Shown one piece after another: positions 14,345-26,013 of a DNA stretch of 64,000 nt; within the stretch, counting starts at the first letter, position 1, and each line of letters starts with the position of its first letter. The DNA is from Octopus vulgaris (lineage: Eukaryota). Under the pieces are notes generated by a model. It saw only the letters and a program-made list of their open reading frames with translations. It had not been told where the DNA came from and searched no databases. The stretch is taken from assembly GCA_951406725.2 (NCBI GenBank), contig OX597819.1:28148001-28212000 (forward strand). Direction: 5' to 3'. Made by a program: the position numbers and the translations under genes.

Positions 14345-16139
14345 AAAGAACCTCCCCGGTGAAGAATGTACTCCTGCCAGAATAGACTAGTTGTTAGTGA
14401 CTTTAGACTCGAAGCCAGAAGGATGCCAAAAAGAAGACCAATCTGGAAAAGAAGGACTTGGAAGCTTAAGAACCCTTCACACAGGTCAGAGATTTAGGGA
14501 TATCCTTACCAAGAAATTTGATAATAGGGAGGAGGAGCTACAGTCCTGTGACATAGAAGGCAGCTTGGAATTCCTGTGAGACAGTTTGCTAAGCACCACA
14601 GACCAAATCTGTGGCTGGTGCAAATTCCCTTCCAGACCTAGGGTAAACTGGTGCTGGAACAATACCATAGACAGGGCCATTAGAGCAAAGAACAGGTCTG
14701 GAAGCCCTAGAAGAGTGCGGGTAGCAGGAGACTGTATAAGATAGTCAAAAGGGAAGCTAGGAAACAGGTATATATAGCAAAAGTAGTAGCAGAAAAGAAG
14801 TTTGCCAATGTTCAGTGGCATGAGGACCAAAGAACTGAAGCATTTCGGATTGCAAGACAGTGTGTGAGAGAAAACTGTGATGTCATTGGAGAGAAATGTG
14901 TCTGCATGGATGATGGTGCCCTTGTGTTTAATGATTCTGCAAAGAAACAGGCTTGGAGATGCCATTATGAAAGACTGCTGAATGTGGAGAATGAATGAGA
15001 GGAGGAAACACTGCTAAAGGTTGGCCTGATTGAGGGACCAGATACCTGAATCAACAGTATCCTGGTAGATAAAGCAATCAAAGACATGAAGACAGGGAAA
15101 GCACCTGGACCATCAGGAATCACTGCTGAGCTGCTTAAAATACCAGGCAGTGTGGGTTATGGTCTTGTCACCTGCATTGTAAATCAGATAGTCCATAAAG
15201 AAGTCATACCCAATGACTGGTGTAACAGCATCATAATCAACTGCTATAAAGGTAAAGGTGATGCTTTAGATAGAAATAACTGTGGGTACCAAATTATTGG
15301 ATCAGGTGATGAAAGTTACAGAGAGGGTTATAGCCCAACTAATTAGGCAGAGAGTTAGCCTAGATGAAATGCTGTTTGGGTTTGTGCCAAGTAGAAGCAC
15401 CACTGATGCTATATTTCTGGTAAGGCAACTGCAGGAGAAATACCTAGCAAAAGATAAACCTCTGTACTTGGCTTTTGTTGACTTGGAGAAAGCCTTTGAC
15501 AGGGTCCCCCGATCCCTTATCTGGTGGTCAATGTGGAAACTGGGGAGAGATGAGTGGTTGGTGAGAGCTGTACAAGCCCTGTACAGGGATGTTGTCAGTA
15601 AGGTGAGGGTTGGCGATGAGTAGAGTGAAGAATTCCGAGTAGAAGTAGGGGTTCACCAAGGATCAGTCCTCAGCCCCCTCTTATTCATTATAGTCCTCCG
15701 AGGAATTCAAGACAGGATACCCCTGGGAGCTCCTCTATGTTGATGACCTTGCTCTAATAGCTGAGTCACTACCAGAACTAAAGATGAAGTTTAGAGTGTG
15801 GAAGCAAGGTCTAGAATTGAAGGGCCTTAGGGTTAACCTAGCAAAAACCAAAGTTTTGATAAGTAGGAAGGCTGTCAAATCACAAACTCCTTCAGGTAGA
15901 GGGCCCTGCTCGATCTGTAAAAAATGCATGGGTAGAAACTCCATACGATGTACCCAGTGTAAGCTATGGACACATAAAAGGTGCAGCAATATCAAAGGAA
16001 GGTTAACCAGGAAGATAGTTTTTGTGTGTGGCAGATGCACACAGGCTATAAACACTGAAGATGTACAGAAAGCAGATTCCATCACACGCCAGGGGGAAAA
16101 AACTAGAAGTAGTTGATAGCTTCCATTACCTAGACGACC
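14345..16139 (+). pseudogene. Decayed RTE LINE, array copy 4
   Basis: Near-identical to copy 1 (ORFs at 15086, 15282, 15784). Confidence 0.92.
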
Positions 16140-17838
16140 ACCTAACACATAACAGAAAAAAATGCACCCTTGACTAAATGGGATTTGGCGTTGGAGAGAG
16201 GGAGCTGGCTTTATGCCAGGTGCTGAGAAGTTAAAGCATGATAGTGGGACAGGGACAGGTTCCTTGCTATATATAAGATACATGGTTAGCTTGCAAAGAT
16301 GGGTGACAGTAGCTGGAAAGAAAGATACATGGTGATGAGGTATCAGGACTGTCAAGACAGAGAAAGATGAGTAGAAAAGAGAATAGATACAGAGGCTCAG
16401 GAATGGTGGGATAGGGGGATAACTTGCAAAAGTGTTAGAAGAGACTGACAGATGGTTAGAGATGGAGGTAGTGGGGTACGTAGTGAATGGTTAACAAAAG
16501 TAGAGGGTTGTCAATGGTGAATATGAGTTTGATAAGAAAGGTGAAAGAAAATTCTGTCACGGTTGGACTTTGCCGTTCATCCTTTCAAGGTCAATAAAAT
16601 AAGTACCAGTTGAGTACTGGAGTTGATGTAATCAACTTGACTCCTCCCTTGAAATTTCTGGCCTTGTACCAAACTTGGACATCAATATTTCAATATTTTA
16701 GAGAAGATAAGGCAGTGATCTGGCAGAAATGTTAGCATGCTGGGCAAAATGCTTAGTGGCATTTCATCTGTCCTTACATTCTGAGTTCAAATTCCGCAAA
16801 AGTTGACCTTGCCTTTCATCGTTGATAAAATAAGTACCAGTTGATCACAGGGGCACAAAGCCACCTCCCTCAATACTACACTCCACTCCCAGTCAGGGAG
16901 AGTTTATCTTGTCTTGCAAGTTACTTGGGGACTTTGCTGGTGCCATGAAGAAAGCACCAAGTACATACAATAAAGTGGTTGACACTAGGAAGAACATCCA
17001 ACTGAAGAAACCAAGCCAAAAAAGACAACAAAACTTGGCATAGCTCTCTGGCTTACCAGCTCTTGTCAAACCATTCAGCCCATGCCAGTATAGAGAATGG
17101 ATACTAAATAATGATGATGATAACAATAACACACACACAATGGGCTTCTATACAGTTACCATGTGCTAAATTTACATAGAATGCATTGGTCAGCCTGAAG
17201 ATATTGTGGAAGACACTTGTTCAAGTTTCACATGGTGAGATGGAACCTAAAATCTCATAATTGTGTGTGTTTGTGCCCACACTGTAAAGTGGTTGGTATT
17301 TGAAAGGGCATCCAGCTGTAAAAATCATGCCAAAACTAACCTTGCTTGTGCTGGTGCCACGTACAAAGCACTCAGTTAGCACTGCAGAGTGGTTGATGTT
17401 AGAAAGGGTATCCAGCTGAATAACCCTGCCAAAAGAGACTCAGTAGCCTAGAGAAGTCTTCTACCTGGCCCACTCCTGTCAAATTGTTCAGCCCATGCCT
17501 GTATGGAAGGCGGACATTAAACGATAATGATAATGATATCTGTGTTTGTGCCTCTATTAAACTAGGTGTAAACAAATTGAAATAACTGCTCTCTTTAAGC
17601 TAGATACTTAACTTCATTTTGAATAAATTGAAAAGAATAAAATAAAACAGCAACTATAATAAAAAATTTATGTGTTGGTGTCACCTCGCCCTCTCTAATA
17701 TCCCCTCCCCACACACACACACACACTTTTAATCATGAGAGGTTTTGTCTTTTTTATTCTTTTCTGTTTAGCAATTTATGAGGTAGCCTCATAAATGCTA
17801 GTCACAGTGACAGCAGTATGCATGGTTGTTCTTAAATA

Positions 17839-18883
17839 CAAAGAACCTCCCCGGTGAAGAATGTACTCCTGCCAGAATAGACTAGTTGTTAGTGACTTTA
17901 GACTCGAAGCCAGAAGGATGCCAAAAAGAAGACCAATCTGGAAAAGAAGGACTTGGAAGCTTAAGAACCCTTCACACAGTCAGAGATTTAGGGATATCCT
18001 TACCAAGAAATTTGATAATAGGGAGGAGGAGCTACAGTCCTGTGACATAGAAGGCAGCTGGGAATTCCTGTGAGACAGTTTGCTAAGCACCACAGACCAA
18101 ATCTGTGGCTGGTGCAAAGTCCCTTCCAGACCTAGGGTAAACTGGTGCTGGAACAATACCATAGACAGGGCCATTAGAGCAAAGAAACAGGTCTGGAAGC
18201 CCTAGAAGAGTGAAGGTAGCAGGAGACTGTATAAGATAGCAAAGGGAGTAGCAGAAAAGAAGTTTGCCAATGTTCAGTGGCATGAGGACCAAAGAACTGA
18301 AGCATTTCGGATTGCAAGACAGTGTGTGAGAGAAAACTGTGATGTCATTGGAGAGAAATGTGTCTGCATGGATGATGGTGCCCTTGCGTTTAATGATTCT
18401 GCAAAGAAACAGGCTTGGAGATGCCATTATGAAAGACTGCTGAATGTGGAGAATGAATGAGAGGAGGAAACACTGCTAAAGGTTGGCTTGATTGAGGGAC
18501 CAGATACCTGAATCAACAGTATCCTGGTAGATAAAGCAATCAAAGACATGAAGACAGGGAAAGCACCTGGCCCATCAGGAATCACTGCTGAGCTGCTTAA
18601 AATACCAGGCAGTGTGGGTTATGGTCTTGTCACCTGCATTGTAAATCAGATAGTCCATAAAGAAGTCATACCCAATGACTGGTGTAACAGCATCATAATC
18701 AACTGCTATAAAGGTAAAGGTGATGCTTTAGATAGAAATAACTATGTGGGTATCAAATTATTGGATCAGGTGATGAAAGTTACAGAGAGGGTTATAGCCC
18801 AACTAATTAGGCAGAGAGTTAGCCTAGATGAAATGCTGTTTGGGTTTGTGCCAAGTAGAAGCACCACTGATGCTATATTTCTG
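17839..18883 (+). pseudogene. Truncated RTE LINE, array copy 5
   Basis: ORF 18548-18931 reads NNYVGIKLLDQ...STTDAIFL and then leaves the RTE sequence. Carries a private 33 bp deletion near 18240. Confidence 0.9.
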
Positions 18884-19060
18884 CGTATGTGTGTGTGTAT
18901 TAAATATTTCTTTCTTCAAGATGTCAACTAACAGTAAACATTGGTTGGCTTGGTTTTGTTTATTTGTCAGTAGCTTCTACTAAATACATTAGATGGCAAA
19001 CAGGAAAAATTTTCATAAGAGTTCAAGGAAATAGGAAATGAGAAAAGAAAAAGATTTTAA

Positions 19061-19459
19061 TCTTTATATATAAAAGTCAAGTTGTGTGTCTGTCTCCTAC
19101 AATTTAGATTCCTAACTACTCCCACATTTTGCGGTGCAGTTTAACCAAAACCAGGTATCTTATAGTCGTGATTCATATTGAGCCGTTCTGGGTATTAGCG
19201 CGCATCTACGATGAGTCTACGATTTAAAAAAAAATTTACCATCATTTTTTTCCATTTTAATGCATTTTTTTTCGCTATTATATAAGGGAAATAACTCTCT
19301 AAAAATGTCTACGATGAGTCAACGATTTAAAAAAAATTTACCATAATTTTTTTCCCATTTTTAATGCATTTTTTTGCTATTTTTTGGCTATAACTCTCTA
19401 AAAATGCTTATATAGTTATTTCCCTTACAAACCCGAGCAACGCCGGGCGATACTGCTAG
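19061..19459 (+). mobile_element. Non-autonomous Helitron (duplicate of 1471-1869)
   Basis: Same TC...hairpin-CTAG termini. Flanks are shared with the first copy, so it arose by segmental duplication rather than transposition. Confidence 0.8.
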
Positions 19460-21453
19460 TTTGAAATAAAGAAATAGTATAAGTGTTGACTACCTCATTA
19501 TTACTTTTCCCAACTTTTGCCATCTCTAATGCTTTGGTCATGTGCCTGGTTATGCTGGCTTCCTGAGATTTGTTGAAATAATTACCGTTGAGTAATTTAC
19601 TTATCCTATAAAAAGAAGTAGAAAAAAAATGCAGTTAATAACAGATATGGCTGTGTGGTAAGAAGCTTGCTTACCAACCACATGGTTCAGGGTTCAATCC
19701 TACTGCATGGCACCTTAGGCAAGTGTCTTCTACTAAAGCCTCAGGCCGACCAAAGCCTTCTGAGTAGATTTGGTAGATGAAAACTGAAAGAAGCCTGTCG
19801 ATACGTATATATATGTATATATTTATATGTGTGTGTCTGTTTGTCCTACCGCCATCACTTGACAACTGATACTGGTGTGTTTATTTCCCCATAACTTAGT
19901 GGTTCGGCAAAAGTAATCAATAGAATAAGTATTTGAATTACATAGAATAAGTCCTGGGGCCAATTTTTTTGACTAAAACCTTTCAAGGTGGTGCTCCAGC
20001 ATGGCTGCAGTCAAATAACTGAAACAAGTGAAAGAATGAAAGAATATTGCAACAAATATTGGTATCAATATTTCAGAGAAGATAAGGCAGTGAGCTGGCA
20101 GAACTGTTAGCATGCTGGCTGGAATGCTTAGTGGTGTTTTGTCCATCTTCACATTCTGAGTTCAAATTCTGTCAAGGTTGGACTTTGCCGTTCATCCCTT
20201 CAAGGTCAATAAAATAAGTACCAGTTGAGTACTGGAGTTGATGTAATCAACTTGACTCCTCCCTTGAAATTTCTGGCCTTGTACCAAACTTGGACATCAA
20301 TATTTCAACATTTTAGAGAAGATAAGGCAGTGATCTGACAGAAATGTTAGCATGCTGGGCAAAATGCTTAGTGGCATTTCATCTGTCCTTACATTCTGAG
20401 TTCAAATTCCGCAAAGGTTGACCTTGCCTTTCATCGTTGATAAAATAAGTACCAGTTGATCACAGGGGCACAAAGCCACCTCCCTCAATACTACACTCCA
20501 CTCCCAGTCAGGGAGAGTTTATCTTGTCTTGCAAGTTACTTGGGGACTTTGCTGGTGCCATGAAGAAAGCACCAAGTACATACAATAAAGTGGTTGACAC
20601 TAGGAAGAACATCCAACTGAAGAAACCAAGCCAAAAAAGACAACAAAACTTGGCATAGCTCTCTGGCTTACCAGCTCTTGTCAAACTATTCAGCCCATGC
20701 CAGTATAGAGAATGGATACTAAATAATGATGATGATAACAATAACACACACAATGGGCTTCTATACAGTTACCATGTGCTAAATTTACATAGAATGCATT
20801 GGTCAGCCTGAAGATATTGTGGAAGACACTTGTTCAAGTTTCACATGGTGAGATGGAACCTAAAATCTCATAATTGTGTGTGTTTGTGCCCACACTGTAA
20901 AGTGGTTGGTATTTGAAAGGGCATCCAGCTGTAAAAATCATGCCAAAACTAACCTTGCTTGTGCTGGTGCCACGTACAAAGCACTCAGTTAGCACTGCAG
21001 AGTGGTTGGTGTTAGAAAGGGTATCCAGCTGAATAACCCTGCCAAAAGAGACTCAGTAGCCTAAAGAAGTCTTCTACCTGGCCCACTCCTGTCAAATTGT
21101 TCAGCCCATGCCTGTATGGAAGGCGGACATTAAACGATAATGATAATGATATCTGTGTTTGTGCCTCTATTAAACTAGGTGTAAACAAATTGAAATAACT
21201 GCTCTCTTTAAGCTAGATACTTAACTTCCTTTTAAATAAATTTAAAAGAATAAAATAAAACAGCAACTATAATAAAAAAATTATGTGTTGGTGTCACCTC
21301 ACCCTCTCTAATATCCCCTCCCCACACACACACACACACACTTTTAATCATGAGAGGTTTTGTCTTTTTTATTCTTTTCTGTTTAGCAATTTATGAGGTA
21401 GCCTCATAAATGCTAGTCACAGTGACAGCAGTATGCATGGTTGTTCTTAAATA

Positions 21454-23249
21454 CAAAGAACCTCCCCGGTGAAGAATGTACTCCTGCCAGAATAGACTAG
21501 TTGTTAGTGACTTTAGACTCAAAGCCAGAAGGATGCCAAAAAGAAGACCAATCTGGAAAAAAAGACTTGGAATCTTAAGAACCCTTCACAAGGTCAGAGA
21601 TTTAGGGATATCCTTACCAAGAAATTTGATAATAGGGAGGAGGAGCTACAGTCCTGTGACATAGAAGGCAGCTTGGAATTCCTGTGAGACAGTTTGCTAA
21701 GCACCACAGACCAAATCTGTGGCTGGTGCAAAGTCCCTTCCAGACCTAGGGTAAACTGGTGCTGGAACAATACCATAGACAGGGCCATTAGAGCAAAGAA
21801 ACAGGTCTGGAAGCCCTAGAAGAGTGCGGGTAGCAGGAGACTGTATAAGATAGTCAAAAGGGAAGCTAGGAAACAGGTATATATAGCAAAGGTAGTAGCA
21901 GAAAAGAAGTTTGCCAATGTTCAGTGGCATGAGGACCAAAGAACTGAAGCATTTCGAATTGCAAGACAGTGTGTAAGAGAAAACTGTGATGTCATTGGAG
22001 AGAAATGTGTCTGCATGGATGATGGTGCCCTTGCGTTTAATGATTCTGCAAAGAAACAGGCTTGGAGATGCCATTATGAAAGACTGCTGAATGTGGAGAA
22101 TGAATGAGAGGAGGAAACACTGCTAAAGGTTGGCCTGATTGAGGGACCAGATACCTGAATCAACAGTATCCTGGTAGATAAAGCAATCAAAGACATGAAG
22201 ACAGGGAAAGCACCTGGCCCATCAGGAATCACTGCTGAGCTGCTTAAAATACCAGGCAGTGTGGGTTATGGTCTTGTCACCTGCATTGTAAATCAGATAG
22301 TCCATAAAGAAGTCATACCCAATGACTGGTGTAACAGCATCATAATCAACTGCTATAAAGGTAAAGGTGATGCTTTAGATAGAAATAACTGTGGGTACCA
22401 AATTATTGGATCAGGTGATGAAAGTTACAGAGAGGGTTATAGCCCAACTAATTAGGCAGAGAGTTAGCCTAGATGAAATGCTGTTTGGGTTTGTGCCAAG
22501 TAGAAGCACCACTGATGCTATATTTCTGGTAAGGCAACTGCAGGAGAAATACCTAGCAAAAGATAAACCTCTGTACTTGGCTTTTGTTGACTTGGAGAAA
22601 GCCTTTGACAGGGTCCCCCGATCCATTATCTGGTGGTCAATGTGGAAACTGGGGAGAGATGAGTGGTTGGTGAGAGCTGTACAAGCCCTGTACAGGGATG
22701 TTGTCAGTAAGGTGAGGGTTGGCGATGAGTAGAGTGAAGAATTCCGAGTAGAAGTAGGGGTTCACCAAGGATCAGTCCTCAGCCCCCTCTTATTCATTAT
22801 AGTCCTCCGAGGAATTCAAGACAGGATACCCCTGGGAGCTCCTCTATGTTGATGACCTTGCTCTAATAGCTGAGTCACTACCAGAACTAAAGATGAAGTT
22901 TAGAGTGTGGAAGCAAGGTCTAGAATTGAAGGGCCTTAGGGTTAACCTAGCAAAAACCAAAGTTTTGATAAGTAGGAAGGCTGTCAAATCACAAACTCCT
23001 TCAGGTAGAGGGCCCTGCTCGATCTGTAAAAATGCATGGGTAGAAACTCCATACGATGTACCCAGTGTAAGCTATGGACACATAAAAGGTGCAGCAATAT
23101 CAAAGGAAGGTTAACCAGGAAGATAGTTTTTGTGCGTGGCAGATGCACACAGGCAATAAACACTGAAGATGTACAAAAAGCAGATTCCATCACACGCCAG
23201 GGGGAAAAAACTAGAAGTAGTTGATAGCTTCTATTACCTAGACGACCAC
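21454..23249 (+). pseudogene. Decayed RTE LINE, array copy 6
   Basis: ORFs at 22195, 22391 and 22893/23036, with an extra 1 bp frameshift in the PHD region. Confidence 0.92.
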
Positions 23250-23799
23250 CTAACACATAACAGAAAAAAATGCACCCTTGACTAAATGGGATTTGGCGTT
23301 GGAAAGAGGGAGCTGGCTTTATGCCAGGTGCTGAGAAGTTAAAGCATGATAGTGGGACAGGGACAGGTTCCTTGCTATATATAAGATACATGGTTAGCTT
23401 ACAAAGATGGGTGACAGTAGCTGGAAAGAAAGATACGTGGTGATGAGGTATCAGGACCATTAAGACAGAAAGATGAGTAGAAAAGAGAATAGATACAGAG
23501 GCTCAGGAATGGTGGGGATAGGGGGATAACTTGCAAAAGTGTTAGAAGAGACTGACAGATGGTTAGAGATGGAGGTAGTGGGGTACGTAGTAAATAGTTA
23601 ACAAAAGTAGAGGGTTGTCAATGGTGAATATGAGTTTGATAAGAAAGGTGAAAGAAAATAGAAGAAGCTAATGCAAGAGAATGTTATAAGTGGCATTACA
23701 GAAAATGTGCAGGGTAGCAATAGAATAAAACTGTAGATAGATGAGGAGTAGAAAGATGATGTGTTGGATGGGTGGGTAAAGGAGGAATGTGCAAGAGAT

Positions 23800-23833
<34 letters not shown>

Positions 23834-23989
23834 AGAGAGATATGTACAGTGACAGGGATGGAGGTCAGAGGTATGCAGAGGTGAATATATTAATCGGTGG
23901 ACAAACGTGGGTGGTAGTTGATGGCAGATATAAGGTGTTAAGAATGATGAAAATGAAAAATAAGCTGAAACTAGCAACAAGCAGCTTAC

Positions 23990-24212
23990 CTTTTGTCTTC
24001 ATGAAAATGAACAGGCCAATATACTGAAGCTTCTTCAAACTGCTTTCTAGTATGAGGAGCTGAAACAGGAACTTGAACTACACAAGGTTTCCCAAGTAGA
24101 CATGCTATTTCTGGTGCTGAATCCTTTCCGAACAAATCTTCCAGAGTCAAGTGGTTTTTTGTTACTTCTGGTAATTGTGATTTGAGGCATATAACGGTTT
24201 GCAAAACTGAGC
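23990..24212 (-). CDS. ADAT3: ADAT3 (tRNA adenosine-34 deaminase non-catalytic subunit), coding exon 4; gene continues beyond the window
   Basis: TAG acceptor and GTAAG donor. Encodes ...VQVPVSAPHTRKQFEEASVYWPVHFHEDK, matching the ADAT3/Tad3 P-TR-QFE-A---WP--FHED motif. Phase fits exon 3. Confidence 0.92.
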
Positions 24213-25059
24213 CTACATATAAAGATAAATATTTTACTTAAATAAACTTAATATTGGTTTCAAATTTTGGCACAAGGCCAGCAATTTTGTGGAGGAGATA
24301 AGTTGATTATATTGAACACAATGTTCAACTGATACTTATTTAAGTTGACCCTGAATGAATGAAAGGCAAAATCGACCTTGGAGGAATTTAAAATGCTGCT
24401 AAGCATTTTGCCCGGTGTGCTAATGATTCTGCCAGCTCGTCACCTTAGACAAATTTAATATTAACGATGACTTACAAAAATTTAAAATAAATAAATCAAA
24501 AAAGAAAATATACAGATCCAATTCATTTTCTTCATTAATTTAGCAAATGATAAAGAGGAACATCATTTTATTGTATATCTGTTTTCCTTGGACAGGACAG
24601 TTCAACTTAGGGTGTTTGTTTTCATCGTGAGCTACTGCTCTCCCAGATATGTTGCAGGACATCTTGCTTGTATGTTTTATTTTGGTTTACCCTATGCTTC
24701 GATGCCCTTCTATCACTGACCACTTTACAGAGTGCACTGAGTGCATTTTATTGCGGTACTAGCACTAAAGACAAGACTAATTGGCTTTCTCTGTTCATTC
24801 ACTAACCACTTTGCCAAACATATATTTTATTCAGCTAATTCCTTTCAATACAGCTTCTAACTATGAAACTGAATATTTACTACTCATGGATTTTCTGCTG
24901 GGCTGTCACACAGTGGTTTGGCTCACTGCACAGCACCTTGCGCAAGTCTCTGCTACTATAGTCCTGGGCTGAGCAGTCTTGTGAGTGGATTTGATAGACA
25001 AAACTGAAAGCTGTATGTATGTGTATGTGATTTTTATTTGAGTTTATTCAAGTTGTTAA

Positions 25060-25381
25060 GAGAGTAGAAGACAGTCACTAACAAAGTGACAAGACTTTTT
25101 TGAGTTAAGAGAGTTCCTGGTGTTTGTAAGTATGCAGTTGAGTTAGTGTGTTGGTTGAACTGTCAGTGCATACACCCTAGTGTTTGCATCTATTCACATA
25201 AGAATCTCAGATGGAAAATCTTTGGAATGTCTAACAAATCTTCACTGTACCACTAATAGATTGAATCTGGAGAGTCTGCATCAGTTTCTTTTGCTGTTTC
25301 TCTGTGAAAACAAGTATTTCTAGCTTTTTGTGCAAATTTGTTGGGACATAACCTAATGTACCTATGATGATAGGTACAAAT
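25060..25381 (-). mobile_element. 3' fragment of an RLE-type (Dong/R4-like) LINE
   Basis: Peptide [23 protein letters not shown]...[10 protein letters not shown] resembles the C-terminus of restriction-like-endonuclease LINEs. Confidence 0.55.
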
Positions 25382-25382
25382 G

Positions 25383-25422
<40 letters not shown>

Positions 25423-25625
25423 GGATGGATGGATGGATGGATGGATGGATGGATGGATGGATGGATGGATGGATGGATGGATGGATGGATGGATGGATGG
25501 ATGGATGGATGGATGCATGTATGCATGCATGCATGCATGTATGTATGCATGTTTGCATGCATGTATGCATGTATGTATGAATGAGTGAATGAATGAATGA
25601 ATGAATGAATGCATGCATGTGTATG
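25383..25625. repeat. Compound tetranucleotide microsatellite (GATA)n(GGAT)n(ATGC/ATGT)n(GAAT)n
   Basis: Directly visible. Confidence 0.97.
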
Positions 25626-25939
25626 TGTTTGTGAGTATCCTTATTTGGACATTGTCACACAAACAAGATTGTTAATTTTCAGTCTTGCATGAGAAACATG
25701 ACTGGCCATAGGGAAATGTTACCTTCTCTGGAAACAGGTGAGTACTTATGATAGGAAGGGCATCCAGCGAAAGAAAATCTATCTCCTATCTCAACAAATT
25801 CCATCTGAACCATGCAAGTGTTGAAAAGTGCATGTTAAACAATAATTATAATAAACCAGTTTTATAAATAGTAATGAAAGTAATAAATCTCAAAAAAAAA
25901 AACCCATACAAATAATACTGAAAATAAAATAATTCCTAC

Positions 25940-26013
25940 CATCTTGTGTTTTACAGCATTTTACTCTCTTAAGGTGTTGAAGACCATCAAATGGATGGGA
26001 AGACTGAAGTATT
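25940..26013 (-). CDS. ADAT3: ADAT3 coding exon 3
   Basis: Polypyrimidine tract plus CAG acceptor, GTAGG donor, 74 nt. Encodes ILQSSHPFDGLQHLKRVKCCKTQD, containing the ADAT3 HLKRV motif. Confidence 0.92.

Larger units (their letters stand above)
2574..18883. repeat. Tandem array of ~3.49 kb unit B (4 full copies plus 1 truncated copy)
   Basis: Copies start at 2574, 6072, 9562, 13054 and 16549 (the last truncated at 18883). The same junction GAAAGAAAAT/TCTGTCA recurs, and near-identical ORFs repeat at the same period. Confidence 0.97.
18884..23659. repeat. Direct duplicate of ~1297-6075 (segment A plus sixth copy of unit B)
   Basis: 18891-18910 matches 1301-1320 (offset 17590). Unit B copy 6 spans 20164-23659 and then runs into unique sequence (GAAAGAAAAT-AGAAG). 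Confidence 0.95.

Noticed and set aside
3865-23249. Retron, DGR or other active reverse-transcriptase system with a repeat array
   Set aside because: The context is eukaryotic (spliceosomal introns, SINEs). The RT is an RTE LINE with shared stops and frameshifts, and the copies share flanks, so they arose by DNA-level duplication.
2574-23659. Array as a pure assembly artefact
   Set aside because: Copies carry structured, shared diagnostic SNPs and indels plus a defined microhomology junction. This is unlike random error, though it cannot be fully excluded without reads.
25231-25662. HPSI-repeat ORFs
   Set aside because: They are translations of a tetranucleotide microsatellite; only the last ~50 aa derive from a LINE.
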